In this document: one piece after another, positions 1 through 7,940 of the stretch | Layout: each line of letters starts with the position of its first letter | Position numbering within the stretch: position 1 is the stretch's first letter | From: a virus | Taxonomy: Duplodnaviria; Heunggongvirae; Uroviricota; Caudoviricetes | Reading direction: 5' to 3' (one strand) | Length of the DNA: 29,739 bases | IMG/VR virus record: IMGVR_UViG_2531839666_000033 | Coordinates: 1 to 29,739 of that record | Made by a program: the position numbers and the translations under genes | Notes under the pieces: model-generated | Told to the model about the DNA's origin: nothing | The model's database searches: none | What the model saw: only the letters and a program-made list of their open reading frames with translations

Positions 1-693
1 GACAGGGCAAGCCATTTCAGTTCATGGGCTCGCCGTGGGATTATTTCCGACCGTCTGGCAACGGCGATTCTGTTGCACGCCGGGAGAACCGCTGAATTCA
101 TTACCGGAAAACAGCCTGATACGGTGAAGCCCACCGGACCTTCCGGTGAAGGCCCGGAGAGAGAGCCGGAAGCCCCGGTCAGTAACCGAACCCTGATGAG
201 TCTGCTGGCGTCCGGTGAAGTCCTGGCATCACAGGGCTGGCGCTATTATCACAAACCGGCGAGCGGAGACAGTGTTGATAAAAACATCGCTGAGGCTGTG
301 GTCAGTGATGAGGGTGCCACCGGTGGTAAGGCCCTGCAACTGAACAAACCGGAAAGCCACATCTGGTTTCTGGAGCATGATGCCGCCGGGCAGGGGGCTG
401 AGTTGCTGAAGAAAGGCGGACGTGTGAGCGTGCGGTTTAAGGTGCCGGGCGCACTGGTGCCGAATCAGTTTGCCCTGGGTATTTACTGGCAGTTGTCGTC
501 CCTGCCGGAGGGAGTGACGCTGTCAGAGGAAGGCAACGACATGCTGATGTCCTTCTTCCTGCAGACGGATGCGACGAACCTGAACGCGATGTACCACAAG
601 AAGCAGAATGCGAAGCTGGATACGTTCGGGGTCTTTGATAACGGATGGCACACACTGGCTTTTGAGTTTGCCGGAAACACAGCATTCAGGTGA
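1..693 (+). CDS. 3' portion of a large phage late-region protein (gene starts upstream of the window); function not recognised, possibly a beta-sandwich or lectin-like C-terminal domain
   Basis: Frame 1 is open from nt 1 to TGA 691-693 (the ORF track shows the 73..693 part). Protein-like composition. Position upstream of the holin matches large ORFs seen between Q/stx and S in lambdoid prophages. Confidence 0.5.
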   Translation, partial: DRASHFSSWARRGIISDRLATAILLHAGRTAEFITGKQPDTVKPTGPSGEGPEREPEAPVSNRTLMSLLASGEVLASQGWRYYHKPASGDSVDKNIAEAVVSDEGATGGKALQLNKPESHIWFLEHDAAGQGAELLKKGGRVSVRFKVPGALVPNQFALGIYWQLSSLPEGVTLSEEGNDMLMSFFLQTDATNLNAMYHKKQNAKLDTFGVFDNGWHTLAFEFAGNTAFR

Positions 694-860
694 CGCCGGT
701 ACTGGATGAGAAACGGGGTACACCGTTCACACTGGTGAAATCTCCGGCATCGAGGGGCGCGGACAAACTGCAACTGACAGACATATCAAAGGCGACGACA
801 TATACGCTGCTTATTGACAGTGTGAAGGTGGAAGTGAACAACGCGGATGCCGCGGCATGA
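690..860 (+). CDS. 56-codon ORF overlapping the previous stop (GTGA); either a translationally coupled small gene or the frameshifted C-terminus of the upstream protein
   Basis: The -1 frame is open 666..860 with GTG at 690 and a protein-like translation (VTPVLDEKRGTPFTLVKSPASRGADKLQLTDISKATTYTLLIDSVKVEVNNADAAA). Below the 60-aa ORF-track cutoff. Confidence 0.3.
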   Translation: MTPVLDEKRGTPFTLVKSPASRGADKLQLTDISKATTYTLLIDSVKVEVNNADAAA

Positions 861-944
861 TAAAAAAGGCCGCCAGCAATGAAGGAAAGGGATGAACTTT
901 GTCCACTACATGAATGCTGGCGGCTGGTAAAACGACCATGATGA

Positions 945-967
945 CACCGAAGTCTTCGGTGTTTTTT
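945..967 (+). terminator. Rho-independent terminator (7-bp stem CACCGAA/TTCGGTG, 3-nt loop, T6 tail)
   Basis: Hairpin caccgaagtcttcggtg followed by tttttt, read directly from the sequence. Confidence 0.5.
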
Positions 968-1010
968 CACAAAAATAGTAAATCAATGTCAACTATCACG
1001 GTGGGAAACC

Positions 1011-1193
1011 ATGACATTTATGAACCAGTTAATGCTGTACTTCTGTACGGTGGTCTGTGTGCTGTATCTTCTTTCGGGTGGGTACAGGGCAGTGCGCGAT
1101 TGCTGGCGCAGGCAGATTGATAAAAGGGCCGCAGAGAAAATCAGCGCCAGTCAGTCAGCCGGAAGCAAACCCGAAGAGCCCATTACTCCTTAA
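1011..1193 (+). CDS. small single-pass membrane protein, hypothetical
   Basis: 60-aa ORF with a hydrophobic N-terminal segment (LMLYFCTVVCVLYLLSGG) and a charged C-terminal tail; GGTGGGA 5 nt upstream of the ATG. Confidence 0.35.
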   Translation: MTFMNQLMLYFCTVVCVLYLLSGGYRAVRDCWRRQIDKRAAEKISASQSAGSKPEEPITP

Positions 1194-1218
1194 TAACCCC
1201 TTTCAACGAGAAAATCCC

Positions 1219-1455
1219 ATGTCAGAAATTACATCCCTGGTCACTGCAGAGGCAGTGAAGGAAGTCCTGCGCTCTGAAGAAGTCCTGAGCGCACTGAAAC
1301 AGAAACTTCGCCATAACCTGGAAGCGCGTCTTGATGCAGAAGTGGATGCCATTCTGGATGAACTGCTGGGCGCACCGGCAGCTCCGGAGCCGGAAGGCAT
1401 CGCGGGTGAGGGGATGCTTCAGATAGCGGTGAACCCACACCTGACAGCGACATGA
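1219..1455 (+). CDS. hypothetical protein (78 aa, predicted helical and acidic)
   Basis: ORF from ATG 1219 (the track's 1057..1455 uses an upstream alternative start); weak RBS; lies directly upstream of the holin. Confidence 0.3.
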   Translation: MSEITSLVTAEAVKEVLRSEEVLSALKQKLRHNLEARLDAEVDAILDELLGAPAAPEPEGIAGEGMLQIAVNPHLTAT

Positions 1456-1536
1456 TGATGTAAGCATGCGCAGGGGCTGTCGGTGTGAGCTGATGCCCTC
1501 TGTTGTTGTGAGCTTCCGGATTGCGGGAGACGGGGT

Positions 1537-1752
1537 ATGTACCAGATGGAAAAAATCACAACAGGTGTGTCATACACCACGTCAGCGGTGGGAACGGGCT
1601 ACTGGTTCCTGCAGTTGCTGGACAGGGTTTCCCCGTCTCAGTGGGCGGCAATAGGCGTGCTGGGGAGTCTGCTGTTTGGGCTGCTGACATATCTGACGAA
1701 CCTGTATTTCAAAATCAGAGAGGACCGGCGTAAGGCGGCACGGGGAGATTAG
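1537..1752 (+). CDS. S: class II holin, phage 21 S21-like pinholin with dual-start motif (Met1 and Met4)
   Basis: 71 aa; two TMDs (a Gly/Ala/Ser-rich SAR-like TMD1, then [23 protein letters not shown]) and a charged C-terminus [13 protein letters not shown], resembling S21 as I recall it; followed by a SAR endolysin. Confidence 0.85.
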   Translation: MYQMEKITTGVSYTTSAVGTGYWFLQLLDRVSPSQWAAIGVLGSLLFGLLTYLTNLYFKIREDRRKAARGD

Positions 1753-1755
1753 GTG

Positions 1756-2124
1756 ATGAACCATGAAGAAATGAATCAGCGCTTCAGTCGTCTGGAAAAT
1801 GAAATTGCTGAACTGAATAAAAAACTGTCGGTGCTGATGCCTTCTGAAGATGAAAAAAAACGCCGCGATGAGCAGTTTGCTGCGTTTGACGATTATTGTC
1901 GGAAAGTGATGAGCAGAAATCTCGCAGAGTGTTTCAGTATTCATAATGATAATTTCAGTGAGCTGGAATGGGAGTGTAACCGGCCATCCTTTGTTGTATC
2001 CGGTGATGGTGTGAAAATAACCATCTCAGAAAATGGGAAAGTAACACCTCCATCGCACCAGCACAGTGAGGAGCTCATTGAATTTGCCATTGATTACCTG
2101 AAGAACAATAAAAACAGGGGCTGA
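1756..2124 (+). CDS. hypothetical protein inserted between holin and endolysin (N-terminal coiled-coil-like region)
   Basis: 123-aa ORF (ATG 1756, GTG 1753 possible) starting right after the holin stop; positionally analogous to ydfR-type genes between essQ and rrrQ in the K-12 Qin prophage, but sequence identity was not verified. Confidence 0.5.
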   Translation: MNHEEMNQRFSRLENEIAELNKKLSVLMPSEDEKKRRDEQFAAFDDYCRKVMSRNLAECFSIHNDNFSELEWECNRPSFVVSGDGVKITISENGKVTPPSHQHSEELIEFAIDYLKNNKNRG

Positions 2125-2312
2125 TGCAGCGCATTGGTCGTTGCATGGGGTATCTGCAGGTAGCCGCTGAGATTGAAGCGCTGGCCAGTGGTGCGGACAA
2201 GGATTCAGTTGTGCGGGAGGCACTTCTTCGTGATTTTGATAATCCGCCCTTTAAAAAAGTGCCGGCTTACTGGCTTCATCCCGGACTGACTTATCTGAAA
2301 GTGCGTATTTAG
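2124..2312 (+). CDS. hypothetical small protein (62 aa), translationally coupled to the upstream ORF
   Basis: ATG overlaps the upstream TGA (cTGATGc); AGGGG RBS at 2115-2119. Confidence 0.4.
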   Translation: MQRIGRCMGYLQVAAEIEALASGADKDSVVREALLRDFDNPPFKKVPAYWLHPGLTYLKVRI

Positions 2313-2348
2313 TGGGCCTGGGACAGCGGCTGAATATTTAATATATCC

Positions 2349-2882
2349 ATGAACACAAAAATCAAATACGGCCTGTCGGCTGCCGTTCTGGCGTTGATTG
2401 CCGCAGGGGCTTCTGCGCCTGAAATCCTCGACCAGTTTCTGGATGAAAAAGAAGGTAACCACACCACGGCATACCGTGATGGCGCGGGTATCTGGACCAT
2501 CTGCCGTGGAGCCACCCGGGTGGATGGTAAGCCTGTTATTCCTGGCATGAAGCTGTCGAAGGGGAAATGCGACCAGGTTAACGCCATTGAGCGTGATAAA
2601 GCGCTGGCATGGGTGGAGAAAAACATCAGAGTGCCACTGACTGAACCCCAGAAAGCGGGTATTGCGTCATTCTGTCCTTACAACATTGGCCCCGGTAAGT
2701 GTTTCCCGTCGACGTTTTATAAACGAATTAATGCAGGCGATCGCAGGGGAGCGTGTGAAGCGATTCGCTGGTGGATTAAGGACGGTGGCAGAGACTGCCG
2801 TATCCGCTCAAATAATTGTTATGGTCAGGTATCCCGTCGTGACCAGGAGAGCGCGCTGGCGTGCTGGGGTATCGACAGATAA
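2349..2882 (+). CDS. R: SAR endolysin (T4 lysozyme-type, GH24; phage 21 R21-like) with N-terminal signal-anchor-release domain
   Basis: Gly/Ala-rich N-terminal TM (GLSAAVLALIAAGASA) followed by an E...D...T catalytic motif (EGNHTTAYRDGAGIWTICRG), typical of SAR lysozymes. Confidence 0.9.
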   Translation: MNTKIKYGLSAAVLALIAAGASAPEILDQFLDEKEGNHTTAYRDGAGIWTICRGATRVDGKPVIPGMKLSKGKCDQVNAIERDKALAWVEKNIRVPLTEPQKAGIASFCPYNIGPGKCFPSTFYKRINAGDRRGACEAIRWWIKDGGRDCRIRSNNCYGQVSRRDQESALACWGIDR

Positions 2883-2976
2883 GCAGAATATTTTGCTGAA
2901 AAATGACGTTGACTAACGCGGACGGATAACACGAAATCCTGCGAACTGGCAAAACCTAAGTGAATAAAAGTAAAAA

Positions 2977-3010
2977 CCCCGTTTGTTGGCAGCAAGCGGG
3001 GTTTTGTGTT
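2977..3010 (+). terminator. Rho-independent terminator downstream of the endolysin
   Basis: 9-bp stem CCCCGTTTG/CAAGCGGGG (one G-U pair), 7-nt loop, then TTTTGTGTTTCT. Confidence 0.6.
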
Positions 3011-3243
3011 TCTGACCTTGGATAAGGCAAGGGAGAACATGGAAAAGTATAAACGAATTCTGTTGAGGTTGACTATGAAAAACGGCCTTGAACTGAAAGC
3101 GCCAGAGTAACTGATGACATCAGCAGAGCGCTGGCTTTTGCTATTAAGTGGGTGGCGGTTGGTATCGCTGTGTCTCCGATACTGTATGGGCTGGCAAAAC
3201 TGGTCATTGCGTTGAAATCGTAAACGGGGATTAAGAGGTAATC

Positions 3244-3375
3244 ATGTCACGCAAACTCATAATGCTGGGGGAAATCCTCTGGGTCATTGTCTGCATTTCA
3301 TTTTCAGCAACGCTGATTGCTCTTCTTCTTTCTATGGCATGGATGACGTTGAATTCGGCAGGGCTGGTGGGGTGA
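3244..3375 (+). CDS. small hydrophobic membrane peptide (43 aa) inserted between endolysin and Rz
   Basis: ORF MSRKLIMLGEILWVIVCISFSATLIALLLSMAWMTLNSAGLVG with RBS AAGAGG 6 nt upstream of the ATG; below the ORF-track cutoff, found by manual translation. Confidence 0.35.
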   Translation: MSRKLIMLGEILWVIVCISFSATLIALLLSMAWMTLNSAGLVG

Positions 3376-3382
3376 CAACGAT

Positions 3383-3876
3383 ATGAACCGGGCACTGTGT
3401 GGCGTGATTATTGTCCTGCTGGTGGCCTGTGGTGCGCTGTGGCTGGCAACAGACCATTACCGCGATAATGCCATCACCTACAAAGCGCAGCGCGATAAAA
3501 AGCCAGCGAGCTGGAGCTGGCAAACGCAACCATTACTGACATGCAGCAGCGCCAGCGTGATGTTGCTGCGCTGGATGAAAAATACACAAAGGAATTAGCC
3601 GATGCGAGAGCTGAAAATGAAACTCTGCGCGCTGATGTTGCCGCTGGTCGTAAGCGCCTGCGGATCAACGCCACCTGCTCCGGTACCGTGCGTGAATCCA
3701 CCGGCACCGCCCGCGTGGATAATGCAACCGGCCCCCGACTGGCAGACACCGCTGAACGGGATTATTTCATCCTCAGAGAACGGTTGATGACAATGCAGAA
3801 GCAGCTGGAAGGGGCGCAGGAATATATCCGCACTCAGTGCACTAAGCTGGCTTTTTATTATCCGGAGGATACATGA
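3383..3876 (+). pseudogene. Rz: i-spanin Rz, reading frame disrupted by a 1-nt deletion in an A-run (A5 at 3497-3501)
   Basis: N-terminal ORF 3383..3598 (MNRALCGVIIVLLVACGALWLATDHYRDNAITYKAQRDKK) and ORF 3541..3876 (…QQRQRDVAALDEKYTKELADARAENETLRADVAAGRKRLRI…) together match lambda Rz; the frames join if one A is added at gataaaaag. Confidence 0.8.
3602..3787 (+). CDS. Rz1: o-spanin Rz1 lipoprotein, embedded in the +1 frame of Rz
   Basis: MRELKMKLCALMLPLVVSACGSTPPAPVPCVNPPAPPAWIMQPAPDWQTPLNGIISSSENG: lipobox VVSAC, proline-rich, resembles lambda Rz1. Confidence 0.8.
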   Translation: MRELKMKLCALMLPLVVSACGSTPPAPVPCVNPPAPPAWIMQPAPDWQTPLNGIISSSENG

Positions 3877-4097
3877 AGAAATTACTGGTAACCGTAAAGC
3901 CTTTTCAGGGAACAATTCCGTTCCGTATTTTGCAGCGTGGTCGTGTTCTTGTTGAAGGTTCGTTCAGTGGTAAATGTACGCAATTACACTCCCGGACCTT
4001 TCAGGTGAATGCCACGAATGAAGAGCTAACCGTTGAGTGTACGATGAATGCCGCTAAATGCCGCATGGTATCGGCTGCATTACAGCCAGTGTGTTGA
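3873..4097 (+). CDS. hypothetical protein (74 aa), translationally coupled to the Rz stop
   Basis: GGAGG RBS 5 nt upstream of ATG 3873; ATGA overlap with the Rz stop; not Bor-like. Confidence 0.45.
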   Translation: MKKLLVTVKPFQGTIPFRILQRGRVLVEGSFSGKCTQLHSRTFQVNATNEELTVECTMNAAKCRMVSAALQPVC

Positions 4098-4454
4098 GCG
4101 ACCTTATTATCCATGGCGCGGTATTGTCGCCGTATTCCCGCATTAACAGAGACCGCAGCCCGACAGGGAGACTCCTCTGCGCGAGTGTGTGGGGATAATC
4201 AAAAACGATACACACCGGGGTTTACCGCGTTAACGGAGCGCGGCGTTGTCCCCTCATGGTCGCTGGTCCGGTGCGATGGTGGAAGAAACCGGATATTTAC
4301 GATGTTTACCTGAGAATACGGGAAAGGATTCGTTGAGTTTCAGCACATTTTTGTATTCAGATAATTGAATATCAGTTTATTTTACTTTTAACATATTGAT
4401 AATAAAAAGGACTGTAATACCAGAGATAAGTTGAGTGTGTTCGGGGAACGACAA

Positions 4455-4592
4455 ATGGGTTTAATGCTGACGATTGCTGGTGTGATTGTATTATTTATTG
4501 CCTGTAATGCAGATAAATACGGTTACCCTCTGTTATCACGCATTGGCGCTTATTGTGCGCTGATACTGATCTTCTCGTCGCTTTTTTTTTGA
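4455..4592 (+). CDS. small hydrophobic peptide (45 aa), putative
   Basis: MGLMLTIAGVIVLFIACNADKYGYPLLSRIGAYCALILIFSSLFF; AT-rich codons; GGGGA 7 nt upstream. Overlaps a convergent minus-strand ORF (4536..4727), so at most one of the two is real. Confidence 0.25.
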   Translation: MGLMLTIAGVIVLFIACNADKYGYPLLSRIGAYCALILIFSSLFF

Positions 4593-4733
4593 GTGAGTTA
4601 TCTTCGTCATAAGAAATAATCTATTAGTTTTTTTGTAAAAACCACAGTCAGAGGGCGCATCCGTGCTGTCGGGGGATAGAATGACAAACCTCATGTATCG
4701 GGTATCAGCGTTTGTCTTTAAAGGCAATTTTAC

Positions 4734-4919
4734 TTAACTCTGTTTGTTATTCGCGTCAGAAGTCTCAGCCGCAAGTCTTCTTCTGCAGGCTTCAATGACC
4801 CATGCTGAAAAGTTACCGGACCCTTTATGCTCAAGGGCGCTGTTGATCTGTTCAATCATGTGATTGGGGAAACGGATATTGCGGGTTGTTGTTCTGCGGG
4901 TTCTGTTCTTTGATGACAT
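4734..4919 (-). CDS. ribbon-helix-helix DNA-binding protein (Arc/Mnt/CopG-like), putative repressor or antitoxin
   Basis: 61 aa; segment RNIRFPNHMIEQINSALEHKGSGNFSAWVIEACRRRL fits the RHH beta-strand, helix A, helix B pattern of P22 Arc; divergent from the packaging genes, with an AT-rich upstream region at 4920-5060. Confidence 0.55.
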   Translation of the reverse strand: MSSKNRTRRTTTRNIRFPNHMIEQINSALEHKGSGNFSAWVIEACRRRLAAETSDANNKQS

Positions 4920-5115
4920 AATGTTGCCCCATATTCAGTGTTGCTGATTTGTATTATCTGAAGTTACTTTTACGTTAATTTGATGCAGATCAATTAATAC
5001 GATACCTGCGTCATAATTGATTATTTGACGTGGTTTGATGGCGTACACGCACGTTGTGACATGTAGATGATAATTATTATTTTGTGGGTCCTTTCCGGCG
5101 ATCCGACCGGTTACG

Positions 5116-5127
5116 GGGCGGCGACCT
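5116..5127 (+). other. cos: cosN cohesive-end site (12-nt GGGCGGCGACCT) of a lambda-type cos; cosB extends toward nu1
   Basis: ttacgGGGCGGCGACCTcgcgcgttttcactatttatgaaaattttc closely matches the lambda cos sequence and lies about 175 bp upstream of the terminase small subunit gene. Confidence 0.8.
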
Positions 5128-5301
5128 CGCGCGTTTTCACTATTTATGAAAATTTTCTGGGGAAAATCATGTCGGTACTGATTATATGTAATGTATTGTT
5201 TTTAAACGGTACGTAAGAAAAAAGGACCGTCACAGGTGCGTGGAAGAAAGGCATTTTCAGGCCGTTTTGTGTCGTAACTGATTTTTGAATGAGGTTGTTG
5301 T

Positions 5302-5850
5302 ATGAATGTTAACAAAAAGAACCTTGCGGAAATGTTTAATGTTGATCCGCGTACAATTGAACGCTGGCAAACTCAGGGGCTCCCTCAGATATCTGGTGGA
5401 GGAAAAGGTATTGAGATCATTTTTGATTCTGCGAAGGCGATCGAATGGTATGCGCAGCGTGAAGCCGATATTGAAAACGAAAAACTCCGTAAAGAGGTCG
5501 AAGATTTGAGAGCTGCCAGCGAGACTGACCTTCAGCCTGGTACCATTGATTACGAACGTTACCGACTGACGAAGGCACAGGCAGATGCACAGGAACTGAA
5601 AAATGCCCGCGACAGTGGGCAGGTGATTGATACTGGTTTTTGTATGTATGCACTGGCGCGTCTTGCGCAGGACATTTCCGGTATTCTTGACAGTATTCCA
5701 CTGTATATGCAGAGACAATTCCCTGAATTTCCCCCTTCCGCCCTTGAGTTTTTGAAATCGGAGATAGCAAAAGCATCTAACAAGTGTGCGGATACTGCAG
5801 ATGGGTTACCAGATATGCTTGCAGACTACATTAGAGAGTCAAATTCATAA
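5302..5850 (+). CDS. nu1: terminase small subunit (lambda Nu1-like)
   Basis: 182 aa; [12 protein letters not shown]…[74 protein letters not shown] closely matches lambda Nu1; GAGG RBS. Confidence 0.95.
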   Translation: MNVNKKNLAEMFNVDPRTIERWQTQGLPQISGGGKGIEIIFDSAKAIEWYAQREADIENEKLRKEVEDLRAASETDLQPGTIDYERYRLTKAQADAQELKNARDSGQVIDTGFCMYALARLAQDISGILDSIPLYMQRQFPEFPPSALEFLKSEIAKASNKCADTADGLPDMLADYIRESNS

Positions 5851-7750
5851 GTTTGTTTTTCCATTCCGGGCTGGGTTAAAGGGGATGATTCGGCCATTGC
5901 CTGTGACGCCAGTTGAGTGGGCTGACAGACATTATTATCTACCACCAGAGTCTTCGTATCTTGCTGGTCGCTGGGAAACTCTGCCATTTCAGATGGCAAT
6001 AATGAACTGCATGGGGAATGACAGGATCCGCACGGTTAATCTGATTAAATCTGCCCGTGTTGGTTATACAAAGATGTTACTGGGCGTGGTCGGGTATTTT
6101 ATCGAGCATAAAAGCCGTAACACTTTATTGTTCCAACCGACAGATTCATCTGCTGAAGATTTTATGAAATCTCACGTGGAGTCAACGTTACGGGATGTCC
6201 CTTGTCTGAAAATTCTTTCCCCTTGGCTGGGACGTAAGCACCGGGATAACACGCTGACATTAAAAAGATTCACCTCTCGTGTGGGGTTCTGGTGCCTGGG
6301 CGGTGCAGCCGCCAAAAACTACCGTGAAAAATCCGTGGACGTGGTCTGCTATGACGAACTTTCCTCGTTCGAGCCGGATGTTGAAAAAGAGGGCTCGCCA
6401 ACCCTGCTGGGGGATAAGCGTATTGAGGGCTCGGTATGGCCAAAATCTATTCGCGGCTCGACGCCTAAAATAAAAGGCACCTGCCAGATCGAAAAAGCGG
6501 CCAACGAGTCGGCGCATTTCATGCGTTTTTATGTGCCCTGCCCGCACTGTGGGGAGGAGCAGTATCTGAAATTTGGCGATGAATCCACGCCTTTTGGCCT
6601 TAAATGGGAGAAGGACAGCCCCGAAAGCGTTTTCTATCTCTGTGAACATCATGGCTGCGTGATCCATCAGTCTGAGCTTGACCAGAGCAACGGGCGGTGG
6701 ATCTGTGAAAACACGGGCATGTGGACCCGTGACGGCCTGACGTTTTTCAGCGCTGCGGGTAATGAAATTCCGCCGCCGCGCTCCATCACTTTCCATATCT
6801 GGACGGCGTACAGTCCGTTCACCACCTGGGTACAGATAGTCTATGACTGGCTGGATGCACTGAAAGATCCCAACGGCCTGAAAACTTTTGTGAACACCAC
6901 GCTGGGCGAGACCTGGGAAGAGGCCGTGGGCGAAAAACTCGATCACCAGGTGCTGATGGATAAGGTCGTGCATTACACGGCAGCGGTGCCTGCCCGGGTG
7001 GTTTATCTGACGGCGGGCATTGACTCGCAGCGTAACCGTTTTGAGATGTATGTCTGGGGATGGGCTCCGGGAGAGGAAGCCTTTCTGGTGGATAAAATCA
7101 TCATTATGGGGCGTCCTGATGAGGAAGAGACGCTGTTACGTGTGGATGCGGCGATCAACAAAAAATACCGCCATGCGGATGGCACTGAAATGACCATTTC
7201 CCGTGTCTGCTGGGACACCGGGGGGATCGATGGTGAAATCGTTTATCAGAGATCAAAAAAACACGGTGTTTTCCGGGTGCTGCCGGTAAAAGGCGCATCT
7301 GTCTATGGCAAGCCGGTGATCACCATGCCAAAAACCCGCAATCAGCGGGGCGTGTATCTGTGTGAAGTGGGGACGGACACTGCAAAAGAAATTCTCTATG
7401 CCCGTATGAAAGCCGATCCCACGCCTGCGGATGAAGCCACGTCGTATGCCATCCGTTTTCCTGATGATCCGGAGATTTTTTCGCAGACAGAGGCGCAGCA
7501 ACTGGTGGCGGAAGAGCTGGTGGAGAAGTGGGAAAAAGGAAAGATGCGTCTGCTGTGGGATAACAAAAAGCGGCGTAACGAAGCGCTGGACTGCCTGGTG
7601 TATGCCTACGCGGCATTACGTGTGTCCGTGCAACGCTGGCAGCTTGATCTGGCTGTACTGGCAAAATCCCGGGAAGAAGAGACGACCCGGCCAACCCTGA
7701 AAGAACTGGCAGCGAAGCTGTCCGGAGGAGTGAATGGTTACAGTCGCTGA
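5801..7750 (+). CDS. A: terminase large subunit (lambda gpA-like)
   Basis: Matches lambda A across its length (VEWAD…YYLP…GRWETLPFQ…, [37 protein letters not shown]). Start uncertain: the track uses GTG 5786; ATG 5801 or TTG 5819 are alternatives; overlaps the nu1 3' end as in lambda. Confidence 0.93.
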   Translation: MGYQICLQTTLESQIHKFVFPFRAGLKGMIRPLPVTPVEWADRHYYLPPESSYLAGRWETLPFQMAIMNCMGNDRIRTVNLIKSARVGYTKMLLGVVGYFIEHKSRNTLLFQPTDSSAEDFMKSHVESTLRDVPCLKILSPWLGRKHRDNTLTLKRFTSRVGFWCLGGAAAKNYREKSVDVVCYDELSSFEPDVEKEGSPTLLGDKRIEGSVWPKSIRGSTPKIKGTCQIEKAANESAHFMRFYVPCPHCGEEQYLKFGDESTPFGLKWEKDSPESVFYLCEHHGCVIHQSELDQSNGRWICENTGMWTRDGLTFFSAAGNEIPPPRSITFHIWTAYSPFTTWVQIVYDWLDALKDPNGLKTFVNTTLGETWEEAVGEKLDHQVLMDKVVHYTAAVPARVVYLTAGIDSQRNRFEMYVWGWAPGEEAFLVDKIIIMGRPDEEETLLRVDAAINKKYRHADGTEMTISRVCWDTGGIDGEIVYQRSKKHGVFRVLPVKGASVYGKPVITMPKTRNQRGVYLCEVGTDTAKEILYARMKADPTPADEATSYAIRFPDDPEIFSQTEAQQLVAEELVEKWEKGKMRLLWDNKKRRNEALDCLVYAYAALRVSVQRWQLDLAVLAKSREEETTRPTLKELAAKLSGGVNGYSR

Positions 7751-7940
7751 ACTGCAGGCGCTGCGTCAGGCGCGCCTTGATTTATTAACCGGTAAACGGG
7801 TGGTGTCTGTCCAGAAAGATGGTCGCAGAATTGAATATACGGCGGCTTCTCTGGATGAGCTTAACCGTGCGATCAATGATGCGGAGTCGGTACTGGGGAC
7901 AACCCGCCGTCGCCGTCGTCCGCTGGGAGTGAGGTTATGA
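7734..7940 (+). CDS. W: head-tail joining protein (lambda gpW-like)
   Basis: 68 aa; LTGKRVVSVQKDGRRIEYTAASLDELNRAI matches lambda W. Confidence 0.9.
   Translation: MVTVAELQALRQARLDLLTGKRVVSVQKDGRRIEYTAASLDELNRAINDAESVLGTTRRRRRPLGVRL

Noticed and set aside
914-1120. 68-aa plus-strand ORF
   Set aside because: Contains the intrinsic terminator at 945-967 and overlaps the better-supported ORF 1011..1193 in another frame.
3873-4097. Possible Bor lipoprotein or Lom homologue, expected from lambda synteny after Rz and after J
   Set aside because: No minus-strand Bor-like ORF after Rz and no Lom-like ORF between J and stf; the 74-aa plus-strand ORF is unrelated to Bor as I recall it.
4113-4313. 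66-aa plus-strand ORF (Arg/Cys-rich) in a GC-rich island
   Set aside because: No RBS and a non-protein-like composition; more likely non-coding structured DNA. The weak direct similarity between ccgcattaacagagaccgcag and ccgcgttaacggagcgcgg was noted but is too degenerate to call a repeat.
4536-4727. 63-aa minus-strand ORF downstream of the RHH gene (candidate toxin partner)
   Set aside because: Low-complexity, includes a poly-A/T tract and starts at TTG; overlaps the convergent small hydrophobic ORF; no resemblance to RelE/ParE-type toxins that I can recognise. Kept only as a caveat in the RHH finding.
6260-6973. 237-aa minus-strand ORF
   Set aside because: Lies entirely within and antisense to the terminase large subunit gene; no RBS and an Arg-rich composition.
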